Shown here one piece after another: positions 1-9,977 of a stretch of DNA of 64,000 nt. The stretch comes from a virus. A model generated the notes under the pieces. It saw only the letters and a list, made by a program, of their open reading frames with translations, was not told where the DNA came from and made no database searches. Numbering within the stretch: the stretch's first letter is position 1; the number at the start of each line of letters is the position of its first letter. The position numbers were made by a program, and so were the translations under genes. The stretch covers positions 43,006 through 107,005 of the IMG/VR virus record IMGVR_UViG_3300025121_000027. One strand, written 5' to 3'.

Positions 1-83
1 AATCAACAATATACAAGCCAAAAATATGGTATTTTCCAAAAGCCCACCCATCTAAAACGAAAAAAAGAGCTATTATCACGTCA

Positions 84-158
84 TTAACAGTTAACACATG
101 TTAACTGAACTGTTAAAAACATTAACACATGTTAACCAATCAAATTAACACATTAACA
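84..158. repeat. Cluster of TTAAC(A) repeats and palindromes upstream of terS
   Basis: TTAACACATGTTAAC at 91-105 and 122-136, partial copies at 84, 145 and 153; CAGTTAAC-acat-GTTAACTG palindrome at 88-107. Confidence 0.6.
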
Positions 159-191
159 GAAGTATAAAACAATCATAAAATACTAATAACC

Positions 192-992
192 ATGCGAAAA
201 AGAAGAGACATTCCAATTATAAAACCTGCCGATGCTCCTAAGGGAAGAGGTAGGCCAAGCAAGAAGCCCAAAGTAAAGAAGAGTTATCTATATAAACCAC
301 CAGAAGCACGAGACTTATCCGATTTACAGATGCGATTCTGTGAAGAGTACATAGTAGATTTAAATGGTGTACAAGCGGCAATACGATCCGGCTATAGTCC
401 ATCAAGCGCAGGCATAACAGCAAGCAAACTTTTAGCAAATACTTCTATCATTAGATATGTACAACATCTTAAGATAGAACGCGCCAAAAAATTAGAAGTC
501 TCCCAGGATAGAATAGTACAAGAGTTAGCAAGAATAGCTTACAGCGACCATAGAACATTTTATGATAAAGAAGGTTGGCCGATACCGATAGAGCTATTGA
601 CAGACGATCAGCAAGCATCGGTAAGGGACATTCAGTGGGGAGAAGAAGTCCAGAAAGATAGAACTGGCGAAACAATAAAAGATCAAAATAACCAAGATAA
701 GATTTTTAGATATGTAAAGAAGTATGCTTTTTATAATAGAGTAGATGCGCTGAGAATGCTCGGGCACCATTTGGGAATGTCTCTTGATAAACCATCGGAA
801 AGATTTACTGGAAAAGATAAACCGCAGCAAGAGATAACATTCGAACATTTACTTAGAAGATTGGATGCAGCGAAGTTGGAACAATTAACACAATGGTTAG
901 TATCTGCCGCGCAGCCAATTAAAAGTGCTCATCCTGTAGATAAAGAAGATATTCCAGAATGGCCGGATGAAACCCTTGGCGGTATGCAATGA
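192..992 (+). CDS. terS: Terminase small subunit
   Basis: FCEEYIVDLNGVQAAIRSGYS Terminase_2-type HTH motif, ELARIAYSD, position upstream of terL. Confidence 0.9.
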   Translation: MRKRRDIPIIKPADAPKGRGRPSKKPKVKKSYLYKPPEARDLSDLQMRFCEEYIVDLNGVQAAIRSGYSPSSAGITASKLLANTSIIRYVQHLKIERAKKLEVSQDRIVQELARIAYSDHRTFYDKEGWPIPIELLTDDQQASVRDIQWGEEVQKDRTGETIKDQNNQDKIFRYVKKYAFYNRVDALRMLGHHLGMSLDKPSERFTGKDKPQQEITFEHLLRRLDAAKLEQLTQWLVSAAQPIKSAHPVDKEDIPEWPDETLGGMQ

Positions 993-1210
993 CAAAATGC
1001 CCAAGATGCAATGGTGAAGTTTTTAAGGTAATCTATTATGGATTGCCTTTTTCTTTATGCAAAGAAGAAGATTGCAGTTGTTTGTTTGGTTTCTTTGATT
1101 TCATTGCAAGATATCTTCCTTTTAATGGATGGTTTTATGCATATGAAGGAAGTTATCTGATTGCTTTAATATGTTGGTTGTTTGGGATGGAAACTGGAAA
1201 AGACGAATGA
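989..1210 (+). CDS. Small Cys-rich hypothetical protein
   Basis: CPRC...YYGLP...C..C motif; ATGA overlap with terS. Confidence 0.6.
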   Translation: MTKCPRCNGEVFKVIYYGLPFSLCKEEDCSCLFGFFDFIARYLPFNGWFYAYEGSYLIALICWLFGMETGKDE

Positions 1211-1359
1211 AAAAGAAATTCTTTATTGCATTTATCTTTATGCTATTTGTTTTTATAAGTATTGGCTTGAAGTGTTTTATCTTTTCCAATAGTTCTACTG
1301 GAATGATTGCGGATGATAGTAGTCATGTAATAGACAGTAGAGAGTATGGAAAGTAATTA

Positions 1360-2265
1360 ATGTTTAATGCTTTTGACATATCCAGCTATACACCAAGACA
1401 GCTAATGGATTCAATTCCACCGAATCCTATTCCGATAGCCGAAAGAATACTGGCAGAAAAATCATTAAAGCATTTTGTAATGCAAGCCTGGCATATACTT
1501 GAGCCGAGAAGCCCTTTGATTTGGAATTGGCATCTTGATGCAATCTGCCAACACTTAGAAGCAGTAACAAACACCTATCTTATTAAATCAGGAATAGCTG
1601 GAAGAGAAATAGACAACCATTTCTATGAAGCAAATTATTCCATTCCTTCTATAAACTACTTATGGATAAATATGCCGCCGAGACATGGTAAGAGTTTGCT
1701 TGTTTCTGTCTTCTGGCCATGTTGGGAGTGGGGTCCGAAAAACCTTCCAGACTTACGATATCTTTTCATCTCATATGCACAGCCACTATCTACCAGAGAC
1801 AATTTAAAACGAAGAAGATTGATAGAGTCCAATTGGTATAGAGAAAGATGGGGAGAGCGTTTTCATCTTACTACAGATCAGAATGCAAAAACTCGCTTCG
1901 ATAATGACAGAACAGGAGTAATGATTGCAACTTCTATCTCTGGTCTTGGAACGGGCGAAGGCGGGCAACGCGTTTGTCTACCATATAACCAGAAGATAGA
2001 TACAGAAATTGGTAGGGTCGAGATCGGAAAGATCGTCAAAGAAAAATTAGAAATCAAAGTTGTTAGTTTTAATCATAAGACAAATAAAACAGAACTTTCT
2101 AAAATAGAAAAGTATTTTGAAAATGAAGGCCGAGATATTTTTGAGATAGAACTTGAAGACGGCACGACATTTCGATGTACTGAAGATCATCCTGTATATG
2201 TTAATGGTAAAGGGTATATTCAAGCAAGAGAATTAACAGAAGAAGATGAGGTGGTCTGCTTATAA
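1360..2265 (+). CDS. terL: Terminase large subunit N-terminal part fused to split-intein N-fragment (IntN 1975-2262)
   Basis: Walker A INMPPRHGKS; extein ends GEGGQRV, then CLPYNQKIDT (intein block A), CTEDHPVY (block B) and an acidic tail. Confidence 0.92.
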   Translation: MFNAFDISSYTPRQLMDSIPPNPIPIAERILAEKSLKHFVMQAWHILEPRSPLIWNWHLDAICQHLEAVTNTYLIKSGIAGREIDNHFYEANYSIPSINYLWINMPPRHGKSLLVSVFWPCWEWGPKNLPDLRYLFISYAQPLSTRDNLKRRRLIESNWYRERWGERFHLTTDQNAKTRFDNDRTGVMIATSISGLGTGEGGQRVCLPYNQKIDTEIGRVEIGKIVKEKLEIKVVSFNHKTNKTELSKIEKYFENEGRDIFEIELEDGTTFRCTEDHPVYVNGKGYIQARELTEEDEVVCL

Positions 2266-3275
2266 TGGGTTGTTTATATCAAATAACTTCTCCATCTGGT
2301 AAGTCTTATATAGGCATTACTAATTTTACCGCTCAAGAAAGATGGTCTCAGCATGTAGGCGAAGCATTAGGGTCAAGGTCTAAAAGAGCAATTTCTAATG
2401 CTATAAGAAAATATAGCTCTGATTTGTTTGATGTTAAAACACTTCTTATTGCAAATGATGCGGCTTATTTAAAGTTGATGGAAGTTAAAGTAATTGCGGC
2501 ATTTAAAACGCATACACCTAATGGTTATAATATGACTGCTGGCGGAGATGGTGTTGTTGATTTAGATAGCGAGACTTTTAAAAATCTTCTTGAAAAACGC
2601 TTAAAAACTATAAGGTCGAAAGTATATAGAAAGAAAAATTCAGAAACTCAAAAGGCGCTTTGGACAGAAGAAAAAAGACAAGAAAGATCAAGAGTTGTTT
2701 CTGAATTGTGGGAAGATGAAAATTATCGCAATCATATGTCTGAAGTTCACAAAGGATGGCATTATTCTAAAAGAGAAAGAGAAAAAGCGTCTATACGTTC
2801 TAAAAAACGCTGGAGTAATCCGGAGTATGTCAAAAGACATAAACTTATGATGAAGAAACTTTGGCAAGATGATGAATTTAAAAAGAAAATGGCTGAAGCC
2901 ACAACCGATGAAGTAAAAAAGAAGATAGGTGTTGCTTCAAGAAAGATGTGGTCTGATCCAGAGTTTCATGCAAAAAGAAGTAAGCAAATGAAAGAGTATT
3001 TTAATTTGCCAGAAGTTAAAGAAAAAATAGCTGAAAAAACAAGACAACAAATGGCTGATCCAGAAGCAAGAAAAAAGATTGGTGAAGCCATGTGTAAGCA
3101 TCGAGGTTATATCTTTTCAAAAGGTATTAAACCAAAAAATCCGAGAAGCGTGTTTTATAAAATTTGGGACAAGATAGAAAGTAAGATAACATTCGCAGAG
3201 CTTTATCGTTTTGATATTGAAAGCCGTAGAATATCAGAAGCTGTTGATCGTGGCTATTTGGTGATTGTTAAATAA
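2265..3275 (+). mobile_element. Free-standing GIY-YIG homing endonuclease between the split-intein halves
   Basis: CLYQITSPSGKSYIGIT...R...GYNMTAGGDG followed by basic helical W-x-D-P-E-like repeats; TAATG overlaps at both ends. Confidence 0.88.
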
Positions 3276-4384
3276 TGAAGATTAAGAAGATAAAAAGTAT
3301 TAGACGAATCAGAAAAGACTCTGCTACTTATAATATTCAAGTAGCAGATAACTATAATTATTTTGCCAATGGTGTACTTGTTCATAATTGTATTGATGAC
3401 GCCCATAACGTGCTTGAAGTAGAATCAGAGCCAAAAAGACAAAAAGTATTAGCTGTCTGGGACGATACTCTTTCAACTCGTGTCAATGATGTAGAAGTCG
3501 GTGCTTATGTCGGCGTCATGCAAAGAACACATTCAAAAGATTTAACTGGTCATATTTTAGAAAAGAGAAAAGATGGGCAGATAGACAATCTTGTGCATGT
3601 ATGTCTTCCTGCAAGATACGAAAAGAATCATCCGCACCCTTCTGATACTCCATTAAACTTTACAGACCCAAGAACAGTAGAAGGCGAGCCTTTAGATAAA
3701 GGAAGACATCCAGAAGATAGTCTAAAGCAATTAGAGGGAAAACTTACTGCCTGGGGTAAGGCTGGTCAGTTACAGCAAAGACCAAGGCCAAAAGGTGGTC
3801 AGATTGTTCAAGCAGGAAAAATTAAGATAGTAGATAACTATAATCATAGATTAGTAAAGAAGATGGTGCGTTACTGGGACAAAGCTGCCTCTGAGGATAA
3901 AAGTGCTTCTCACTCAGTAGGTCTTCTGATGGCATCTATGAGAGATGAATGTATTGACTACGGCTTTATTGTTCTGGATGTTGTCTACGGCCAATGGACT
4001 TCTGGCGAGCGTGATGTAAGAATGCGTCAAACTGCTCAGATGGATGGAATAGAAGTTGAACATGTAGTAGAGCAAGAAGGTGGCTCCGGCGGTAAAGAAT
4101 CAGCACAAAACTCCATAAGAAAAGTATTTCTTGGTTATAAGTGTTCAGCAGATCACCCATCAGGCGCAAAAGATGTAAGACTTGAGCCGTTCGCTGGCCA
4201 AGTAGAAAACAACAATATTGCTATGTTATCTGCTCCTTGGAATAAAAAATATGTGGAAGCATTAGAAGAGTGCTCTGTTGGTTCCGTAACAGACTTTGGG
4301 GATGGTTCTTCTGGTGCTTTTAACTGGCTTAATGGTTTAACTGGTAAGGGAAAGTCTAAAGTAAGAATAGGAGTTGTAGGATAA
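3275..4384 (+). CDS. terL: Split-intein C-fragment (IntC 3275-3388, 38 aa) fused to terminase large subunit C-terminal part
   Basis: MKIKKIKSIRR...TYNIQVADNYNYFANGVLVHN|CIDD; VMQRTH, QLQQRP and RYWDKAA nuclease-domain motifs. Confidence 0.92.
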   Translation: MKIKKIKSIRRIRKDSATYNIQVADNYNYFANGVLVHNCIDDAHNVLEVESEPKRQKVLAVWDDTLSTRVNDVEVGAYVGVMQRTHSKDLTGHILEKRKDGQIDNLVHVCLPARYEKNHPHPSDTPLNFTDPRTVEGEPLDKGRHPEDSLKQLEGKLTAWGKAGQLQQRPRPKGGQIVQAGKIKIVDNYNHRLVKKMVRYWDKAASEDKSASHSVGLLMASMRDECIDYGFIVLDVVYGQWTSGERDVRMRQTAQMDGIEVEHVVEQEGGSGGKESAQNSIRKVFLGYKCSADHPSGAKDVRLEPFAGQVENNNIAMLSAPWNKKYVEALEECSVGSVTDFGDGSSGAFNWLNGLTGKGKSKVRIGVVG

Positions 4385-4621
4385 ATGAGTACTTTTGATG
4401 TGGACTTGAGAACAATCAATCCGCAAACAGGAGACATAATAGTTCTACAATTAGACGTGGATAACATTCCTTATTTTGATTTAGACGATTTTATGGAAAT
4501 GCAAGATAAGTTGAAAGAAGCATTTCCAAGGAACAAAATAATACTATTGGCTAAAAGCGATAATTTTTTGGTCTGTAAGAATAAGAAAGAAGTTCAAGAG
4601 ATATTAAACGAGTTGTCATAA
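4385..4621 (+). CDS. Hypothetical protein
   Basis: ORF abutting terL with GGAG upstream. Confidence 0.6.
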   Translation: MSTFDVDLRTINPQTGDIIVLQLDVDNIPYFDLDDFMEMQDKLKEAFPRNKIILLAKSDNFLVCKNKKEVQEILNELS

Positions 4622-5019
4622 ACATTGGATAGTTTGGATAGACAAGTGAATGGGTGCTACAGAACGCAAAGAGAAATAGAAGAAGGCATTTGCACTTGTC
4701 TACAATACGAGCAAGCAACAGGAAGATGTTTATCAAAGATAGATACAGTATCAAAAATAGATGGTCAGTCAACTTGCCCAAGAAACCCGTTGGCGATACC
4801 TTATAAAGAGTGGGAAAAAAGAAAATGAATCTTTTCTTTAATCCATTAAAAGCTTTCAGAAGATGCAAAGAACTTGAATGCAGGATTGCAAGAAAAGAAG
4901 AAATGTCCAGACTTTGCGAAGAGAAAGCAAAACTTCTTAAAAACGGAATAAGATGCGATCAAGAGCAGCTTGATAAATTAAGAATTAAAATAGCCAAGAA
5001 AACTAAAAGGAAATAAGCA

Positions 5020-5397
5020 ATGGCATTTACTCCAACATATCTTCCTAATAGCAGAAGCAAGTTTTTTCAGTTCTTTGCTACTGGTAACACAACGATGGTT
5101 GAAGCATTAAATCTTGGTAAAGCATTTGAACTTGCCGATATTAGATTGATTCTTTCTGCTGCTCATCCTTCTGTAACTTATTTCACCGCTAATTTATCTG
5201 CTGGTCAAGGTAGTGCTTATAACGTCGTGCTTGCTTCTTTTCTTGCAAGTACTCTAACCAATGTAACAGATAGAGTATGGACACCTTCTGCTGATAAAAT
5301 ATTATATCAACATAATGATACTATTCAATTTTCCATGCTTAACAGCGTTGGTGCGATTTGGGGGTTAGTTGTAACTGGTTGGGCAGTACAGGATTAA
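5020..5397 (+). CDS. Hypothetical, probably virion-associated beta-rich protein
   Basis: AAGGA RBS; Ala/Ser/Thr-rich composition. Confidence 0.55.
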   Translation: MAFTPTYLPNSRSKFFQFFATGNTTMVEALNLGKAFELADIRLILSAAHPSVTYFTANLSAGQGSAYNVVLASFLASTLTNVTDRVWTPSADKILYQHNDTIQFSMLNSVGAIWGLVVTGWAVQD

Positions 5398-5403
5398 TAC
5401 TTA

Positions 5404-7215
5404 ATGGCAGATATCATTCTATCACAAGAAGGCGAAGTAATACCTTCCAACGAAGGCGATACGGTATTCGATTATTCTGAATATACCTTATCTGCTGAAG
5501 CTGGTAGTATTACTCTTGCTGGTACTGCTGCTGATGTAGTTAAAAACTATGCTGTTTCCGCCGATGCAGGAAGTATTGCTTTAACTGGTACAGATGTAGG
5601 ATTAATTTCCGTATTTATAATTACAGCTGAAGCAAGTAGTATTGCCTTAACTGGTGCAGATGCAACATTAACAAAACAAATACCAATCGATGCTGAAGCT
5701 GGTGCTATATTTTTAACTGGTACCGACATCGATTTAACCGCTACTCGTTTAATTGATATTGAATCTGGAAGTATATCTTTAACAGGAACAGATGCCTCTC
5801 TTGAACGTCATCGAATATTTGACGCTGATTCATCTTCTATATCTATAACGGGTACTGCCGCCGATTTAGTTAAAAACTATGCTGTTGTTGCTGAAGTTGG
5901 AAGTATTGTCTTAACTGGTACAGACATTGATCTAACTGCTACTCGTTTAATCAGCGCGGAATCATCTTCTATATCTATTACTGGTACGGACGCAGCACTA
6001 ACAAGACAAATACCAGTCGATGCTGAAGCAAGTAGTATTGTTTTAACTGGTGCGGATGCAACATTTATTTATTTATATCAAATTCAAGCCGACGCTGGTT
6101 TATATTCTACATCTGGCCAAGATGCCTCTTTAGTTAAAAACTATGTTGTAGTAGCTGAAGCTGGAAGCATTTTAATAACTGGCATAGATGCTACCTTATC
6201 AAAGTCCGCTACTGAAAGCGGAGAAGTTGTTTGGGACACTCAAGGGGATAGAATCCCGTCAGATGATGGCGATAGAGTATTCGATGGAATAGATGCTCCA
6301 GATAGCTATGCTGTTTCCGCCGATGCTGGAAGTATTGCTTTAACTGGTACAGATGCTACTTTAACAAAAACAAAGACAATTTCCGCAGAATCATCCTCTT
6401 TTATTATTTCTGGTACAGATGCTTCTCTACAAAGACATATAGTATTTGCCGCCGAAGCTGCATCTGTATCTATTACAGGCACAGATGCTACACTTATAAG
6501 AAACCGTTCTGTTGCCGCTAATGCTACAAGCTTTATTGTTTCCTCTATTGGCGCAACTTTACAGAAAACGACTATATTTGATTGTGATAGCGCTCAAATT
6601 TCGCTTTCAGGAGAAGACGCTGCTCTTATACGCGCCTTTGTTCAATCGGCAGAATTTGGCTCGATTTCATTATCAGGTAATAATGTTGATTTATTAAAGT
6701 CTCTTTCTCTGTCTGCTAATGCAGGAAGTATCTTAATATCTGGCAAGGCCGCTGATTTATCTCAGCTTGCCGCTTTAAGTATTTCTGCTGATTCTGGAAG
6801 TATTGCTCTAACTGGTACTGATGCAAGTTTAGATTTTACTTTAAGAGTTCTTCAAGCAGAGCCAAGCAATATATCTATTATTGGTAAAGATGTAGAATTA
6901 ACAAGAGCACTAACTGTTCAATCCGATCCTGCATCTTATTCTATTGTTGGCAGCGATACCCCTCTTACCAGAGGAAGATATATTGCGGCTAATGTTGGCA
7001 ACATATTTTCTTCCGGCAAAGATGTTGATTTTATAAGAAGTTATGTTTTTGATGCAGAATTAGGACAATATGTTTTAACAGGAAGTAGTGTTAGTTTGGA
7101 TTTAGCAGTAGTTATGTTACCTCACGGGTTGGCAAGTCTTTCTGTTTCTGCAAAGCTACCAGTAATATCGGCAGAAGCAAGAAGACCTGGAATAACAGCG
7201 ACATTGAATTTATAA
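5404..7215 (+). CDS. Ser/Thr/Ala-rich tandem-repeat structural protein
   Basis: About 20 repeats of ~25 aa resembling A(E/D)AGSI.LTGTDA.L; GEVIPSNEGDTVFD and GDRIPSDDGDRVFD motifs occur twice. Confidence 0.75.
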   Translation: MADIILSQEGEVIPSNEGDTVFDYSEYTLSAEAGSITLAGTAADVVKNYAVSADAGSIALTGTDVGLISVFIITAEASSIALTGADATLTKQIPIDAEAGAIFLTGTDIDLTATRLIDIESGSISLTGTDASLERHRIFDADSSSISITGTAADLVKNYAVVAEVGSIVLTGTDIDLTATRLISAESSSISITGTDAALTRQIPVDAEASSIVLTGADATFIYLYQIQADAGLYSTSGQDASLVKNYVVVAEAGSILITGIDATLSKSATESGEVVWDTQGDRIPSDDGDRVFDGIDAPDSYAVSADAGSIALTGTDATLTKTKTISAESSSFIISGTDASLQRHIVFAAEAASVSITGTDATLIRNRSVAANATSFIVSSIGATLQKTTIFDCDSAQISLSGEDAALIRAFVQSAEFGSISLSGNNVDLLKSLSLSANAGSILISGKAADLSQLAALSISADSGSIALTGTDASLDFTLRVLQAEPSNISIIGKDVELTRALTVQSDPASYSIVGSDTPLTRGRYIAANVGNIFSSGKDVDFIRSYVFDAELGQYVLTGSSVSLDLAVVMLPHGLASLSVSAKLPVISAEARRPGITATLNL

Positions 7216-7233
7216 CGAAAGGATTTAAAGAAG

Positions 7234-7662
7234 ATGGCATCATTTAATAAATTTCAGGATTTCGCAGAGCAGTTGGCAAAAGGTATTCATCAGCTTCATG
7301 CTGCTGGTCATACTCTTAAGGTCTACTTGAGTAATGCTGCACCGTCTGCTTCTGCCGATGCGGTTAAAGTTGATCTTGCAGAAATTACCATGACTAATGA
7401 AACAACTCATGGTGCTGGTGGTGGAGATATTCAAAATGACTACACCGAGACTGCTGGCGTTGGGACTTTGACTGGTACTGATGTTACTTTTCTTGCTACC
7501 GGCGCTCTTGGCCCATTTAGATATGTAGTACTTTATAACGATACCCCTACCGATCCTGCTGATCCTTTGATTGGCTGGTGGGATTATGGTAGTGAAATCA
7601 CTCTAAACGCTGGCGAATCTTTTACTGTAAACTTTGGCGCATCTATTCTTACGATAGAGTAA
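7234..7662 (+). CDS. Putative virion structural protein
   Basis: MASFNKF...GPFRYVVLYNDT...LIGWWDYGSEITL..GESFTVNF resembles a widespread phage structural family. Confidence 0.65.
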   Translation: MASFNKFQDFAEQLAKGIHQLHAAGHTLKVYLSNAAPSASADAVKVDLAEITMTNETTHGAGGGDIQNDYTETAGVGTLTGTDVTFLATGALGPFRYVVLYNDTPTDPADPLIGWWDYGSEITLNAGESFTVNFGASILTIE

Positions 7663-7675
7663 TAGGTAAATAATA

Positions 7676-8026
7676 ATGATATCTATCTCTGAAACAGCAA
7701 AAGAAAACAGTACTATTATATTTGATGTTTCTTTTACAGATGAAGATGATGCAGATGTAACGCCAGAAAGCATTGCATGGACTCTTGTTGATTCTCAAGA
7801 CAATGTTATAAATAGTAGAGATGGTGTTTCTGTATCTGTACCAGCGCCGACTGTTTCAATAGTACTTACTGGAGACGATTTACAAATACAGACTTCAGAA
7901 AGATATCAGAAGAAGGTTTATAGATATCTTATAGTCGAAGCAATTTATAATAGCGACGCTGGAGATGGTTTATCTATTACAGAATCTATCAGATTTAAAG
8001 TTGAGAACTTGATCCATCTTGTTTAG
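7676..8026 (+). CDS. Ig-like/BppU-N-like acidic adaptor protein
   Basis: Beta-strand pattern, position next to the repeat protein. Confidence 0.45.
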   Translation: MISISETAKENSTIIFDVSFTDEDDADVTPESIAWTLVDSQDNVINSRDGVSVSVPAPTVSIVLTGDDLQIQTSERYQKKVYRYLIVEAIYNSDAGDGLSITESIRFKVENLIHLV

Positions 8027-8039
8027 AGGAAAACATATT

Positions 8040-9191
8040 ATGAAGAAAATGTTTTTTCTTATTTTAGCGTGTTTTGCGCTAATGCTGAATACAAGTACCC
8101 TTTTTGCTGCCGCGCGTCCTGACGGCAAAAAGACTATGTATTTAGCTACTGCTTTATCAGGCGGTGCTTCTGGCGCATTAGATGCTTTTGATATTACTGG
8201 AGCTGGCACTCCAAATACTTATGATTTGGTAGATGGCGACACTTGTATTGTTACTACTTTAAGTAGTACTACTGGTACTTCTTATAGTTATGTTTTTGAT
8301 GTTGATGGGACAGATGCAGAATCTTCTCCATCTATAATTAGGCCAGACGATTATGATACTGCTGGTGTGTGGCGTCTTGCAGTAGTATCAATGGAGTCTT
8401 TAGCTCTCGTTCCTTCTACTTCTCCAGGCTTTGATCTTTATGATTCTGATAATCCGGGTACAGATAAATGGACAGCATCATTTGAAGCAGCCTATGTGGA
8501 TGGAGCAGACGGAGCAGAAAATAGCGATATTTTGATTTATATCAATCAGGGCGGTACAAAAACGCTTGTTCTCCAGTTTGATGAATCAGATGATCAATGG
8601 GAGACTTCTAAAGCGATTAACTCTTCTGGTGGGTTTGTAGGGGCTTTAACTGGGAATGCTTCTACGGCTACGGCAGCAGCTTCTCAAGCAATCACGGATA
8701 ATGCTATCATCACGGCAGATGCGGCAGATATAGCAGATAATGACTATGCCAAGTTCACAGCAAATGGTGTAGAGGGCCGATCTTATTCCGAAGTACTTTC
8801 AGACATCGGAGCGGCGGCAACTGCACACACTACGCAGTACTCGGCAACTCCTGTAGTCGATGACGCCGATAACTTTGATGATAACTTCACCAGTGATAAT
8901 CTCTACGGCGGGACTTTCATCGCTAACGCTGCCGGAACCATTATACTTCCCGATCCCGCCGTTGGCATGAATTTCACAATAGTACTGGAAACGACCGGCG
9001 CAGTAATCGTTGACCCGCTCGACACCGGAACCGCCGACACAATCGTAATGAACGGGCTTGCTGCTGCCGCTGATGAAAACATCACGGCGGGCGCTACGGG
9101 TGCATTAGGGGATATGTGTGTCTTCCAATACAGAGCCGCAAATAGTTGGATGGCGACTTGTACCGGATGGGCTGAAGCTACACCTCCGTAA
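8040..9191 (+). CDS. Signal-peptide-bearing fibre-like protein
   Basis: Start refined to MKKMFFLILACFALMLNTSTLFAA (GAGGA RBS); fibre-like FVGALTGNASTATA motif. Confidence 0.65.
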   Translation: MKKMFFLILACFALMLNTSTLFAAARPDGKKTMYLATALSGGASGALDAFDITGAGTPNTYDLVDGDTCIVTTLSSTTGTSYSYVFDVDGTDAESSPSIIRPDDYDTAGVWRLAVVSMESLALVPSTSPGFDLYDSDNPGTDKWTASFEAAYVDGADGAENSDILIYINQGGTKTLVLQFDESDDQWETSKAINSSGGFVGALTGNASTATAAASQAITDNAIITADAADIADNDYAKFTANGVEGRSYSEVLSDIGAAATAHTTQYSATPVVDDADNFDDNFTSDNLYGGTFIANAAGTIILPDPAVGMNFTIVLETTGAVIVDPLDTGTADTIVMNGLAAAADENITAGATGALGDMCVFQYRAANSWMATCTGWAEATPP

Positions 9192-9203
9192 TAAGGGGAT
9201 TAT

Positions 9204-9977
9204 ATGAAAAGAATAACATCAGTAGTTTTAATACTTCTGGCTTTCGCGGCTCTGGCTTATGGCGGGTTGCTGCAAGAACGGCAGGCGGCTGTGGTTGCGG
9301 CGCGGTCGGTGCCGGTGGCTTCCAGTTATACTGATGTTCTATTCCATTGGGGCGCTGAGAACACCATGGACGCAGATAAGGGTAGTGTCACCGGCACAAA
9401 TAACGGCGCTGTTTTTGATTCGACAACCTACAAAGTTGGGTCTTATTCCATCGAGCGCGATGGTAATAATGATAATGTTGTTTTTGCTATATCTACTTCG
9501 CACTTAGAAAAGGAGGGCGGGCAGATAGGGTTTTGGTGGTACAACGGCAACGGCTATCAGGCAGCCTCCCTTAATCGCATCCTGACGATTGTAGACACAG
9601 GCGGTGACGATTCAATTGTTTTGAAAGTGCATTCCAGCGGCGGGCTTTCGCTTTATTGGGACTCGCAAGCCGCATCTTCGGACGCAGCAGAATATACAGC
9701 CGCCGCCCTATCGACATCAACATGGTATTACATCGTGCTTTTTTGGCATCAAGGCGATGCTGGAAATGATCTAATCCTGACAATCTATGATGAGGCGGGG
9801 TCGGTGGCTGGATCGGCTACCGATGCGAATATCACCGCCTTTACTGATGATCCGAGCACACTGACAATTTTTACTGCAACATCCGACGCTCACCGATCCA
9901 ATGTAGACAACTTCATAATTTCAAACGACGAAACCAGGGATATGTTGGCGGTGCGTGATGTTACGAATTTTAATTAA
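9204..9977 (+). CDS. Signal-peptide-bearing LamG/concanavalin-like domain protein
   Basis: MKRITSVVLILLAFAALAYG; G.IGFWW...LSTSTWYYIVLFW...VDNFIIS jelly-roll pattern. Confidence 0.65.
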   Translation: MKRITSVVLILLAFAALAYGGLLQERQAAVVAARSVPVASSYTDVLFHWGAENTMDADKGSVTGTNNGAVFDSTTYKVGSYSIERDGNNDNVVFAISTSHLEKEGGQIGFWWYNGNGYQAASLNRILTIVDTGGDDSIVLKVHSSGGLSLYWDSQAASSDAAEYTAAALSTSTWYYIVLFWHQGDAGNDLILTIYDEAGSVAGSATDANITAFTDDPSTLTIFTATSDAHRSNVDNFIISNDETRDMLAVRDVTNFN

